This document shows, one piece after another, positions 29,614 through 40,035 of a stretch of 64,000 bases of DNA; the stretch's first letter is position 1, and every line of letters begins with the position of its first letter. The DNA lies in the NCBI GenBank assembly GCA_964411255.1, contig CAYPKD010000001.1, positions 7,331 to 71,330 on the forward strand. Reading direction: 5' to 3'. A program made the position numbers and the translations under genes. Under the pieces are notes generated by a model, which ran no database searches, was not told the origin of the DNA, and saw only the letters and a list, made by a program, of their open reading frames with translations. This DNA is from an uncultured Gammaproteobacteria bacterium (GTDB lineage Bacteria; Patescibacteriota; Patescibacteriia; UBA11705; DATKZF01).

Positions 29614-30882
29614 TTATAATTCCAGCAATTTCCTAAACTTATCACTCCCGTCCAACGGTCCAATCATCGCTAAGTTTATATATTCTTTTTTAAATACTTC
29701 GTTAGCTACTTTTTTAACATCTTCTAAAGTTACTTTATCAAACAATGCAAACTTTTGTTCAGGTGTTAAAACTTCATTGGTTAAAATAGACTGCTTAGCA
29801 TACCATTCAGCCAGTTCAGAAGAATTTTCCAAATGCAATATTACTTTTCCCTTCAAAAAATCTTTTGCTTCCTGAAGTTCAGTTTCAGTCACACCCTCTT
29901 CTTTAGCTTTTTTTAATTCCTGTAAAATTAATTCTATAGCTTTTTCAATTCTATTAATATCTAATCCAGACTGAATAACTAAATTTCCCGTATCCTGATA
30001 GATATTTATATAGCTTCGGATAAAATAGCATAATCCCTGGCGTTCACGAATATTAATAAATAAACGCGAGCTCATATTGCCACCTAAAATTACTGATAAC
30101 AAATACAAAGCGTAAACTTTATCATCAAAATAACTAAACCCTGGGAATCCAAATGCCAGCTGAACTTGTTCTGTCTTTTGCTTTTTAATTTTTATTCTTG
30201 GTTCAGCTTGAGTAAATTCAAATTTTTTAAATTTTGGCACCTCTTCCTCTGTTCTTTCAAATGCAAAATATTTTTCCACTTTTTCTTTAATATTATCTGG
30301 GTAATTACCAGCCACGCAGATAACTAAATTTTTCGGCTGATAAAAAGTATTTTTATAATCAAGCAAATCCTGTCGACTGACTTTTTTTATTACATCTCTA
30401 GGTCCGCTAATCTGCCAGCCTAAAGTATTTCCTTTATAAATGCTTTGCTCCAACAAATCCTCTATGTACATCAATGGATTATCCTCATACATATTTATTT
30501 CCTCAACTATCACTCCTCTTTCTCGGTTCATTTCTTTTTCATCATACTTTGAATTCAGCAGCATGTCTGAAATAACATCCATTGCTAAATCAACTTTTTC
30601 TGAAGCAATTTTCACATAGTATGCGGTCCAGTCTTTTGATGTGGCTGCATTGTATTCAGCACCTACCCTGTCCAATTCCTTTGAGATTGCTAATGTGTTT
30701 GGGCGTTTTTCTGTGCCTTTGAACATCAAATGCTCAATAAAATGAGAAGCGCCGTTAATTACTGAGGTTTCATAGCGGGAACCAACTCCGAAAATTGTTA
30801 ATACTGAGGCTGCTTTTGTGCTTTTGTTTGGTACTAAAATCAATCTAGAACCATTTGGTAAAGTTATAATTTCATGTTTCAT
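29614..30882 (-). CDS. M16 family zinc peptidase (insulinase-like)
   Basis: Inverted zinc motif HFIEHLMFKGTEKR (HxxEH); start taken at MKHEIITLPNG. Confidence 0.75.
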   Translation of the reverse strand: MKHEIITLPNGSRLILVPNKSTKAASVLTIFGVGSRYETSVINGASHFIEHLMFKGTEKRPNTLAISKELDRVGAEYNAATSKDWTAYYVKIASEKVDLAMDVISDMLLNSKYDEKEMNRERGVIVEEINMYEDNPLMYIEDLLEQSIYKGNTLGWQISGPRDVIKKVSRQDLLDYKNTFYQPKNLVICVAGNYPDNIKEKVEKYFAFERTEEEVPKFKKFEFTQAEPRIKIKKQKTEQVQLAFGFPGFSYFDDKVYALYLLSVILGGNMSSRLFINIRERQGLCYFIRSYINIYQDTGNLVIQSGLDINRIEKAIELILQELKKAKEEGVTETELQEAKDFLKGKVILHLENSSELAEWYAKQSILTNEVLTPEQKFALFDKVTLEDVKKVANEVFKKEYINLAMIGPLDGSDKFRKLLEL

Positions 30883-30967
30883 ATACAAACAGTATAGCGG
30901 AAAGTTATCAAAAAAACAACCGTTCGCAAATAAAAAAACCAAGAATTTGATTCTTGGTTTGTGCTTG

Positions 30968-33900
30968 TTATATCTTAATTTTCTTTCGTCTGGATATGAT
31001 CCAGAGTACAAATATTGCTAGCCAAAATACTGTCGGATATCCTCCTCCAGCTTGGCACATATTGCCACCGACTCGCTGGATTTCAAAATCATCTTCTGCA
31101 TTGGCTGGCAGAGAAGTTGGGTCATCATGTTCAAACATGGGTACAACTTCAAAAGTTTCGTATTTCGTTAATTCAACCCCGTCGTCAAACGTAGCTATAC
31201 AACTGACAGTATATGTTCCAATTTCATCGATTGTAAAATAATATCTGATATCAAAGCATTGGCCATTGTCCTGCGCTTCTTTTCTAAATCTTATAAAGTC
31301 ACAGACCACATCCTGGAAGCAGTGATCGTTAAGCGCATACGGCCAGAGCATAGCTTCCTCTCCGGCAAATGGCTGCTCAGGAAGAATAGATATAATAAAG
31401 TTATGATCATCATTGACTTGTTCATCTATCTGACATTGATCATCAATGCATACTTCATTATTTCCACACCTTTGTGCAACACCATAATAGGCATTTTCAG
31501 CTTCATCAAACCATTTCACTGTATTGCCATCGCATTTACGCGCAAATACCCTGTCATAATCATCTTCAGTATTAAAGCCGCCAATATCTACATGGCCATG
31601 ATCATATTCACCATCCCAATTTACCAAATCCCAATGATTTACCTGGAATTGTTCAACTACCTCAATAAACTCAATTGACGGCTGAGATGGTAATAAAAAT
31701 TCAGAATTAAATATTTCTGCTGCTTGCTTCAAATCTGATGCATCAGTTACAAATGCATCAAAAGCATCATCGCCATAATTTTGCTTGATTGCATTTTCTA
31801 CAAATTCTTTTGCTTGGTTATGATCCAGCTTGTTAGCCCAATTGTAAATGGCTTCAAGCTGATGTCTTTCAAGTTTACTCTCAGCTTTATCATACATATA
31901 TGTATCAGCCCACCATTTTCCATCTTTTACAATGCCAGAAGGCGGATTTGAATCAAAATCTATTACTTTATCCAGTTTTCCCTTCACAATATTGCTATAA
32001 GCATCACCAGTAGTGGTTTGATCCATCATAAATAGATCATTGAAATATTCAATCACTGGATTTTTTCCATCATATGTTTCTATTTGAAATCCCTTATGAA
32101 TCAAGCCTCTTGCTTGCAAGAAATGTCCCATTTCATGTTCAAGAGCAACAATGAAAATTTCTTCTTTTGTTACAAGTAAACCATAATATCCTTCTGGTAT
32201 ATTCACTCCCAGCTTTATTTTATTATAATCATACATATACGCTCCATATGGAGCAGGAATATCTACTTCTCTTAACAATATTTTTAAATCATCAAAGTAT
32301 GTACCGGCAACATTTGCACCCAACACTCTGACTTTTTCATACACAGGCTGTACTTTGTTTGCCTTAAACAAAGCAAGAAAGAATTCTTCGTTAAGCTCAC
32401 TTACCCATTTAAATCCATGAAATGGTCCATTGTTTATAGCATTGAAATAAATGAACTCTTCACCACCTTGCTTAATCCAAATAGGATTTTTATACAAACG
32501 ACTGCTCTTCTTAAGATTATTTCCTACTTTGAAATATGCATGTCTTCTTTCAAATACTTCTTCGCCAAAGATATAGCTCATCTTGGCGCCAAGACCTTTT
32601 CTGTCAATTTTGGCAACAAATTGGGTGATTCCATATTTGCTTGCCATCTTTTTAATACCTTGAGCGCCAACCGTTTTGGCAATGCCAAAAAACAACGTTC
32701 CCAAAGCAATCTGCGGATTATCCATAAAGGCCAAAAGCCATTCGACACATATCTCGCAGGCATCTGGGCCCCAGAGCGCGCCAGGATATATAAAATCCTC
32801 ATCTGTAATTCCGCCGTCTAACACGTCAGACAAATTAAAGTCAAGAATAAATGCGCCAATATTGTCTGGGTGGCTGCATGAAGCGCAGCTTATGGCTGAA
32901 ATAAACTGGAAACCAGGATCAAAAAATTCCCAGCCTTTATCCCACCATTCACTAAGCCATTCCCAGACTTCTTTAATTTCTTCTTCATCTGCGATCACAT
33001 TGGCTTTCTCAAACATTTCCTCACATCTATATGTAATCGTCTCCTCAGAGCTCAAGCAGTCCAAATAAACAATAGAATCCTCAGCGTCTTGTTCATTTTC
33101 TAGCTCTTCAATCATTTTGCTTACAAATTCCTGCAAGGATAAGCCAGCATAATAAGGCGATACCTTAAGCCAGGAAATTGTATCATTTGTATCAAGCACA
33201 ACTGAATCAACATGATGAACTTCAAAATAATATTCTGGTTCATAAATACAAACTGGCCCTTCGCATGACTGGAAGGGATTTGCTGCATCTTTCATAAAGA
33301 CAGCCTGCCATTCAACTACAGTTGTTGTTGAATTAACCGTAACAAACGGATATGCCAGCTGAAAATCATCTGGCAGGATCCACCAGTCCTCTTCATATAT
33401 GACAAAGGAAATTACTTCGCCATCGCAATACCCATTATTTAAAACAATTAATTCTACCCGTTCACCATCAATTACTTCTATCTTAGACCACCATGCGCTT
33501 AGAAATTCGCATTCTTCAGGAATTGGAGGCACATATTCTTCAACACATTCAGCATTTTCATTGTTTTCATCAGCCAGGCAGATAAAACCCTGATCGCACT
33601 GCTGATATTGTTCATAAACAATGCCATTACTGTCATAACACCAAACTGAATTAGTCTGATAATCGCATTGTAAAGTTGCACACGTATCATATTGGCAGGC
33701 AAGACAAGATCCTTGCTCACATCCGCAAATGCAACCTTCTATAATTTGCTGAGAAATATCTGAATCGAAAACACAACTAACGGTATTAACATCACAAATT
33801 GCAGATATGGTTTCCACTTCTTGAACAATATTGATTCCTTCACAATAGGCAGCACTATATTCAATAGATCCCTCACATAATTGTAAAATTTCAATTGAAA

Positions 33901-35563
33901 GCACTTCTTCATATTCATAACAAGATGCATCAGCGCAACCTTTGTTTAATTTAATAATGTCAAATACGACATTATTATCTAAACAATAATTCATGCCTAA
34001 GTATTCTGAATCAGTGCCGCAATCAGTCATATTCCAGGCTGTGTTGCAGCTTCCTGGCAGTTCCACACACTCAAGCAATAGATTTAAATCACAATATTTA
34101 TCATTAAGACTGCATATAGAAATATCGCAGTACTGGCAAGCTTGTTCATCAAAATAAGATGGCTGGCCGCAGACAGTATCAATACATTCGAATTGCTGTG
34201 TGCCATCAGGCTGGCAGTCTTCAGTTGGGCTACAATCCCAGTCTGGAGTACAACCCAAACATTGATCTGTATCTTGATCACATCCCCATTCGCATTCAAC
34301 ATGAACTTGCTCATAATTATATTGAAAACACCAACCGCAGGAATTATTTTCACAACAACGAACTGAATAACTGTTAAGCTTAACTAAATGGCCGCTTTCA
34401 CTGCTGCAATATTGCCCACTAACAGGGCCTGAGCTTGAGGCATTACCACATTCTTCTACCATATGATCTGGCTGATTTGATGCATTAAAGCACCACAAGT
34501 CATTGTTATGGCAATCGGTGTACTCACATGTTGGATCAGAAACGCATTCTCCATTTTCACAAGCACCAAGACAGGTTTGTTGATTTTGTTTTTTATAGCA
34601 ACAATTATATTCGTCTAAAACGCAGTCATATGCCACATTGCCATCGCAATGATTGTCAAACAGAAAGCACTCATCTGTACAATTGGTACAGCCTTCAATT
34701 TCAGCAGGCTTGCCATCATTTACTCCACAATTATTCAGGTCATTACAAGTCCGAGTTCTAAAGCAGTTCGCACATGAAGACCAAACACTGCAGCTCCAAT
34801 TTGGAGTACAATTTGAATCAACATTAAAATAAATCCAATCAATATATACTTCACTTCCACCATCGATTTTTACATAAACATCTACATCTGCAGCACCTGC
34901 TTCAGTTGCCACGCCACAAAATGGTCCTACCCAATTACTATCAGTTTCACCCAAAGTAAAATTAGGTGAATACGTATCATCTGACCAATTGATATTAACT
35001 GAACCTGATACCGTTTGCACTCGAACATTTGTGATATAGCAGTCAAACTCTCCAGAATTGTGTATTTCCAGCTCTTCACAAAAAGATTCATCCTGCATAA
35101 TATTGTAAAAATCCCAATCAGGGATTCCCAATTCACTAACATCACAATCACCTGCTGACGTATCTTCAACAGTAACAGTCACCCAGTCATAATCTGAATG
35201 GACCTCAAATCCATCACAGTCAAACATCAAGCCATCAACCCGGTAATCATATACACCAGGCGAAGTTGGAGCTGCAATATCTAAATATTCAACATGGCCA
35301 GTTACTGGCGCGTAAAAATATCCGTCAGTATATCCTTCCAAACCACCGCCAGGTTCCATAACTGTAAAATTAAATTGAACTGAACATTGGGCAACTTCTC
35401 CCAGCGCAGTAAATGCGCCTTCAAACCAGAGGATTTCCCCAGGCTGAACAATATTTCCATTTGGCGAATCATATAAATAATAAGCACCGGTTACATTCCA
35501 GGCCAATACTTTTGTACTGATAAACATTAAAATAATACTAATTATGCTAATTGTCTTTCTCAT
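30968..35563 (-). CDS. Giant (~1531 aa) secreted Cys-rich protein with zincin-like HExxH domain and C-terminal hydrophobic anchor
   Basis: Signal peptide MRKTISIISIILMFISTKVLA after GGAGGAG RBS; >100 Cys in CxxC-rich repeats; VALEHEMGHFLQ; C-terminus GGYPTVFWLAIFVLWIISRRKKIKI. Confidence 0.7.
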   Translation of the reverse strand: MRKTISIISIILMFISTKVLAWNVTGAYYLYDSPNGNIVQPGEILWFEGAFTALGEVAQCSVQFNFTVMEPGGGLEGYTDGYFYAPVTGHVEYLDIAAPTSPGVYDYRVDGLMFDCDGFEVHSDYDWVTVTVEDTSAGDCDVSELGIPDWDFYNIMQDESFCEELEIHNSGEFDCYITNVRVQTVSGSVNINWSDDTYSPNFTLGETDSNWVGPFCGVATEAGAADVDVYVKIDGGSEVYIDWIYFNVDSNCTPNWSCSVWSSCANCFRTRTCNDLNNCGVNDGKPAEIEGCTNCTDECFLFDNHCDGNVAYDCVLDEYNCCYKKQNQQTCLGACENGECVSDPTCEYTDCHNNDLWCFNASNQPDHMVEECGNASSSGPVSGQYCSSESGHLVKLNSYSVRCCENNSCGWCFQYNYEQVHVECEWGCDQDTDQCLGCTPDWDCSPTEDCQPDGTQQFECIDTVCGQPSYFDEQACQYCDISICSLNDKYCDLNLLLECVELPGSCNTAWNMTDCGTDSEYLGMNYCLDNNVVFDIIKLNKGCADASCYEYEEVLSIEILQLCEGSIEYSAAYCEGINIVQEVETISAICDVNTVSCVFDSDISQQIIEGCICGCEQGSCLACQYDTCATLQCDYQTNSVWCYDSNGIVYEQYQQCDQGFICLADENNENAECVEEYVPPIPEECEFLSAWWSKIEVIDGERVELIVLNNGYCDGEVISFVIYEEDWWILPDDFQLAYPFVTVNSTTTVVEWQAVFMKDAANPFQSCEGPVCIYEPEYYFEVHHVDSVVLDTNDTISWLKVSPYYAGLSLQEFVSKMIEELENEQDAEDSIVYLDCLSSEETITYRCEEMFEKANVIADEEEIKEVWEWLSEWWDKGWEFFDPGFQFISAISCASCSHPDNIGAFILDFNLSDVLDGGITDEDFIYPGALWGPDACEICVEWLLAFMDNPQIALGTLFFGIAKTVGAQGIKKMASKYGITQFVAKIDRKGLGAKMSYIFGEEVFERRHAYFKVGNNLKKSSRLYKNPIWIKQGGEEFIYFNAINNGPFHGFKWVSELNEEFFLALFKANKVQPVYEKVRVLGANVAGTYFDDLKILLREVDIPAPYGAYMYDYNKIKLGVNIPEGYYGLLVTKEEIFIVALEHEMGHFLQARGLIHKGFQIETYDGKNPVIEYFNDLFMMDQTTTGDAYSNIVKGKLDKVIDFDSNPPSGIVKDGKWWADTYMYDKAESKLERHQLEAIYNWANKLDHNQAKEFVENAIKQNYGDDAFDAFVTDASDLKQAAEIFNSEFLLPSQPSIEFIEVVEQFQVNHWDLVNWDGEYDHGHVDIGGFNTEDDYDRVFARKCDGNTVKWFDEAENAYYGVAQRCGNNEVCIDDQCQIDEQVNDDHNFIISILPEQPFAGEEAMLWPYALNDHCFQDVVCDFIRFRKEAQDNGQCFDIRYYFTIDEIGTYTVSCIATFDDGVELTKYETFEVVPMFEHDDPTSLPANAEDDFEIQRVGGNMCQAGGGYPTVFWLAIFVLWIISRRKKIKI

Positions 35564-35732
35564 CGTACTGCTCTCCTCCATCATACTTTTTGTTGTCAAA
35601 GGTCAAACAACCGATTTGGCTGATGTTAAGTTTAACAAAAACTTATTAAACCTGAGCCTTAACCAAATCATTGTAGCTTATACTCTTTCTGATAACTTTT
35701 CAAGTCTTCAAAAAAACCGAGCTCTCGCCCGG

Positions 35733-36677
35733 TTATACTACTTCTATTTCACTATCACTTGATACCCCCACTCCAGCATCAACCGCTGCTTTTATCTGAT
35801 CCATTTTCCAAGGATCCTTTAATATATTTTCAGCTTTAAATTTATGCAAAACGCGCAATGCTTCAACATCAATTGCCACCCGATCACCGCTAGCCATGAT
35901 TACCTCAGATTCAACCACTTCGCCTTTGCTCGGGCCTTCGCATCGGAAAGCTTTTCTGCCGTCTAAAATAATTAAATCCGGCCACATCAAAGTATTTAGA
36001 TAGCCAATATTTTCATAAATATATTTATGGTTTTTCATATGAAAATAAAGCAACCGATCACCAACATTGATTAGACCCATAGATAATTTCAAACTCATTG
36101 TAAAATCTGCCCGGCAATGAGTTTTTAGACATGGTAAATAAATTAACTTTCTTTTTTTATAAAGCTCTTTTGATAAGACTGCCTTTTTCCAGTGAGGCGC
36201 TTCAAGTTCGACTGCAACCCAATCTTTATTTTCCAGAGAAAAAACTTTTGCGCCCGCTTGTTCACACTCGTTTTTTATACCCAAATCTAATACCCGCTCT
36301 GTCGGCAGCCAGTGAACGCCACTCATATCAGCCACAATTACATTTTTAGCTCCTGCTTCATAGCATAATTCAACTACGCTCCTAGCAAAGATTGGATCAG
36401 TAGACGCAGGAAACGGATCATCGCTGTTTAAGTTTGGTTTGATAAAAACCTCATCACCTGGTTTAATGATTTTTTCAAAACCGCCCAGGTGGTCAACTGC
36501 ATCTTTTATTTTTCTCCGTAAATCTGTTTTTCCCACATCATAGGGGCATTTTTCAATTGCCAACAAGGATTTGCCATCTTTTTTATAAAGATTTTTTTTC
36601 TTTCTTAATTTATCTCTTTTTTGTTTGGGATTCAATACAACAAATTTTGAGCTTTTTAAAAGTTGTGCAATATTCAT
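35733..36677 (-). CDS. DUF362 domain protein
   Basis: FIKPNLNSDDPFPASTDP ... ILDGRKAF pattern resembles DUF362. Confidence 0.55.
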   Translation of the reverse strand: MNIAQLLKSSKFVVLNPKQKRDKLRKKKNLYKKDGKSLLAIEKCPYDVGKTDLRRKIKDAVDHLGGFEKIIKPGDEVFIKPNLNSDDPFPASTDPIFARSVVELCYEAGAKNVIVADMSGVHWLPTERVLDLGIKNECEQAGAKVFSLENKDWVAVELEAPHWKKAVLSKELYKKRKLIYLPCLKTHCRADFTMSLKLSMGLINVGDRLLYFHMKNHKYIYENIGYLNTLMWPDLIILDGRKAFRCEGPSKGEVVESEVIMASGDRVAIDVEALRVLHKFKAENILKDPWKMDQIKAAVDAGVGVSSDSEIEVV

Positions 36678-36755
36678 AGTTTTAGGAAGTAGATTGGTAG
36701 ATCAGTAGATTGGTAGATAAAGACTACCGATCTAACTCCCTACCGATCTACCAAT

Positions 36756-38084
36756 CTATACAAGTTGTGGCAATTCGGCTGCTCTTTTAATTCTGCCGGA
36801 AATTATTGACTCAACATTATAGACGCCAAATTTTTCAGCATCTAAAAAACCTTCCATTGCTGCTTCTGCCAGCCAGCCAGAATCCAGCCAGTCAAAAAGC
36901 CACTGGTGAGTATAACGCGGATCCAGTTGATCCTTGGCAGCATTAATTGTTTCCAGCCAGCTGTGGTTAAAATGCTCCTGTGCGCCAATTGGCGGAGCCA
37001 TAATAATTGGAATTCCCAGACCGCAATAAAATGAAAGTTCACTCGGCTTTGTCCAGAGCACATCAGTTTCAAGTAAAGCCTTATTAAACTGTTCAATATA
37101 TTTATGAAAGCTTATTGAGTAAATAATTTCTACTTTTGATTTATCTTCAAGTAAATTATTTTGCATCAACACTTTTTCAAAAAATTTATATATTTCATTT
37201 CTAACACCAGCAACCAAATTTATTTTTATCCGTCCCTGATCAATATGTTTTTTTAATGACTTTACAATTGTCTCTCCGATTTCCCGCTGCGCTCCAGCCC
37301 CGCCGACCGCAAAGGTTATGGTCAATGGGCGTTCTACATGTTTTGGTACGCAACCCGCAGGCAAATTATCCAAAATGGTCTTTTCATATTTTTTTTGATA
37401 AATACGCTTTGGATCTAATTTGCAAATGCGCCGCCCCAATGCTGTTTTTAAAACATTCATCTTTCTGCCGCCAATATTTTCTTTTGGCAAAGGGAATCCG
37501 GTTAAAAATATATTTTCTTCTCTTATCCCATACTCCTGCAAACGTTTCAATGCACGTCGTGTTGGAGCAAAATATTTAATCCTGCTCTTTTTCGGTTCCA
37601 GCGGCGCCCAGGTTCTGGAAATATCAGTATCAGTAGCTACTACGTAAATTTCATTTTTAAAATTATGAAACTCTGCAAAAAATGCCGGCACAAAAAAAGT
37701 GGTGATCATTGGAATATTTTCGTGATTTAAGAAATCAATCAAATGTTTACCCCAGCCATTTTTCATCAGTCGATACATTTGTTTTATTTGAAAACTTGCT
37801 TCTGACAAATCTCTTCTGGGATAGAATGGGTCAATTGACTGAAAATGTTTGTCATAAAAATTAAAAATTCCCTCGCCAACCAATGGGAGATGTTTTAGTC
37901 TGGAAATAAATTCATAAAAACTTCGACTTTGCTTCCAAACGCGCTGGTCTTTTTTTGGAATGCCTGCATAATCATTTGCAGTAATGATACCTTCATGAGC
38001 AATATCCTTTAGCGGATATGCAGCTCGCTGATGCCCATAACCCATAGTTACAGCAATCACCCATGCTTTTTTCATATTTTGCAT
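36756..38084 (-). CDS. Putative glycosyltransferase (MGDG-synthase/MurG-like GT-B)
   Basis: N-terminal VTMGYGHQRAA G-rich loop like GT28/MGDG synthase; weak. Confidence 0.4.
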   Translation of the reverse strand: MQNMKKAWVIAVTMGYGHQRAAYPLKDIAHEGIITANDYAGIPKKDQRVWKQSRSFYEFISRLKHLPLVGEGIFNFYDKHFQSIDPFYPRRDLSEASFQIKQMYRLMKNGWGKHLIDFLNHENIPMITTFFVPAFFAEFHNFKNEIYVVATDTDISRTWAPLEPKKSRIKYFAPTRRALKRLQEYGIREENIFLTGFPLPKENIGGRKMNVLKTALGRRICKLDPKRIYQKKYEKTILDNLPAGCVPKHVERPLTITFAVGGAGAQREIGETIVKSLKKHIDQGRIKINLVAGVRNEIYKFFEKVLMQNNLLEDKSKVEIIYSISFHKYIEQFNKALLETDVLWTKPSELSFYCGLGIPIIMAPPIGAQEHFNHSWLETINAAKDQLDPRYTHQWLFDWLDSGWLAEAAMEGFLDAEKFGVYNVESIISGRIKRAAELPQLV

Positions 38085-38159
38085 AAATAACAGATTTAAT
38101 ATTCTTTATTTTATTATAGCAAAATCAAGCTGATTTTTATACCAAATTATCCCAAACTA

Positions 38160-38188
38160 TTGACAATTATCGAAAAATATGATATTAT
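38160..38188 (+). promoter_or_regulatory. Near-consensus sigma70-type promoter (TTGACA-17-TATTAT)
   Basis: TTGACA at 38160-38165, 17-nt spacer, TATTAT at 38183-38188. Confidence 0.5.
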
Positions 38189-38291
38189 GGAATATCCGTA
38201 TCCTGGACTGGGCAACCTTGGGTTGGTAAGTATGTCTACTTTGAAATGGTATAACGGCAATTTCGCCGTTAACCAACCAAAGGAGGCCACC

Positions 38292-38600
38292 ATGTCCTGG
38301 AACCACGGAACCTACGGCTGGGAGAAGTACGAATCTTTTGTCCAGGCTCTGGATGTGCTAGGCATTGCCTACACCGAAGAGTTCAAGGACGAAGAGTACT
38401 CACGAGGCTCAGATCTGTACGGAGACGGTCCACAAAAGCTCCGTATCGCTCGCTTCACTGACACTTCCGAAAGGAACATGGTCTGTGAAGAGTACCTGTC
38501 GGTCCAGGACTGCGATTGCGATGGCTCAAGCCAAGTCGCAATTGCCGTCTATGAGCAGGGCCAGCAGCCTGAGCTCATGACTGAGGTACGAGAAGCCTAG
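38292..38600 (+). CDS. Small GC-rich hypothetical protein (102 aa)
   Basis: AGGAGG RBS before MSWNHG; GC well above neighbours; preceded by structured leader. Confidence 0.45.
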   Translation: MSWNHGTYGWEKYESFVQALDVLGIAYTEEFKDEEYSRGSDLYGDGPQKLRIARFTDTSERNMVCEEYLSVQDCDCDGSSQVAIAVYEQGQQPELMTEVREA

Positions 38601-38689
38601 CCCAACCCTTAGGGACAAGCAAACCGAGTTTGCTTGTCCTCCCACCAAAGCAATTTTTTCTAAAAATTTCTTTGGCAGGAATATCAATA

Positions 38690-38714
38690 CTATGCGTTAT
38701 GCATAGTTTTTTTT
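38690..38714 (+). terminator. Rho-independent terminator (plus)
   Basis: CTATGC-gttat-GCATAG followed by TTTTTTTT. Confidence 0.55.
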
Positions 38715-38715
38715 A

Positions 38716-38746
38716 TAAAAAAAATCCCATCATTTAATAATGGGAT
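38716..38746 (-). terminator. Rho-independent terminator (minus) for HD-GYP gene
   Basis: ATCCCAT-catttaata-ATGGGAT with U-run on minus strand. Confidence 0.55.
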
Positions 38747-38759
38747 TTGTATAAGAGAC

Positions 38760-39422
38760 TTAATGTTGTTCAAAACAAAACCCTTGCTTAAGAAATAAAT
38801 CAGAACAAACAGCAGCCACTTCTGGATCGTAGTAATCTGCCTTTGAAATCTCAGCCAAAGCCGGGTCAATCCCGAGCGCTGGCCTATATGGCCGGTGAGA
38901 AAACATTGCTTCAAAAACATCAGCCACCGCTAATACCATTGCTGGCCGTAAAATATCATGTTTATTAATACCATCTGGATATCCGCTGCCATTTCGTCTT
39001 TCATGATGTTGTTTAATAATCATTGGCACAGGCCATGGATAATTAAAGTTGTTCATAATATTAAAGCCAACGACTGGATGAGCTCTGATGCTTTCCCATT
39101 CATAAGGCAACAATTTGCCTGGTTTGGTTAAAACCTCTGCAGAAATTGATATTTTTCCAATATCATGGACAAGCGCTGCAAGCAGTACTTCATATGCTTC
39201 TTCAGATGTGAATCCAAGCTCTTTCGCCATTATAAAAGCAAGTTGGGCCACGCGTTTCTGATGCCTGGCTGTATGTCGATCTGCTTTTTCCATCATACAA
39301 ACCAATGCTGATATAGATCCATGCAAAAGACGCTTCACCTCTTTTAAACGATTTCTTAATGATTGCTCTGATAGCTTTAAATCTTTAATTTCTTGTTGAA
39401 GTTTGGCAATCGCCTCGCCCAT
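38760..39422 (-). CDS. HD-GYP domain phosphohydrolase
   Basis: HDIGK ... HHERRNGSGYPDG motifs. Confidence 0.75.
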   Translation of the reverse strand: MGEAIAKLQQEIKDLKLSEQSLRNRLKEVKRLLHGSISALVCMMEKADRHTARHQKRVAQLAFIMAKELGFTSEEAYEVLLAALVHDIGKISISAEVLTKPGKLLPYEWESIRAHPVVGFNIMNNFNYPWPVPMIIKQHHERRNGSGYPDGINKHDILRPAMVLAVADVFEAMFSHRPYRPALGIDPALAEISKADYYDPEVAAVCSDLFLKQGFCFEQH

Positions 39423-39626
39423 TAATGGCTATCCCTTCCAGTTTTGGTTTTAATTTGGATTTGTATTTTTATTTTCATTTTTGTCTCCTTGTCAACGATC
39501 ATTGTCGCCTGATATAAATTATAAGTAAAAAAAGGAAATCTCTCAATGCTTAGCTGTGGTTAACTTCTCAAAAAAATTTGTATTCTTAATTAAAAAAATC
39601 AGCGTCAAATCTGCGCAGACCTTTTT

Positions 39627-39980
39627 TTAATATACTTTTTTAAACTTTATACTAAATATCGGCTCATAATTATTATCTTCTTTATCAGTCACTTCCACAG
39701 TATCTCCTTTTACCAATTTATTGAGCGCAATGTCTGACAAAAGTTCCTGATCAGTCTGGATATCAGACTTTAGATCATCCAACTCTTCAAACTCTTTGGC
39801 AAAATCCTGCCTTACCTGATTTTCAGCCTGCTTTTTTTTATCTCTCAATTCTTTATAATCATCAACAATGTCTTTATAACCAGGGGTTTGCTCCAGCGCC
39901 TCCTTATACATTTTTTTTAATTCTTTTTGTTTTTCTTTTGCTTTTTGGATTCGATTAAATACTTCTTGAATGTTCTGCAT
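39627..39980 (-). CDS. Hypothetical coiled-coil protein (117 aa)
   Basis: ORF only; Lys/Glu-rich. Confidence 0.4.
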   Translation of the reverse strand: MQNIQEVFNRIQKAKEKQKELKKMYKEALEQTPGYKDIVDDYKELRDKKKQAENQVRQDFAKEFEELDDLKSDIQTDQELLSDIALNKLVKGDTVEVTDKEDNNYEPIFSIKFKKVY

Positions 39981-40035
39981 AAATTACAAATATTTTTTTA
40001 TTTATTACAAATAATTACGAATGGTAATTCTGAAT

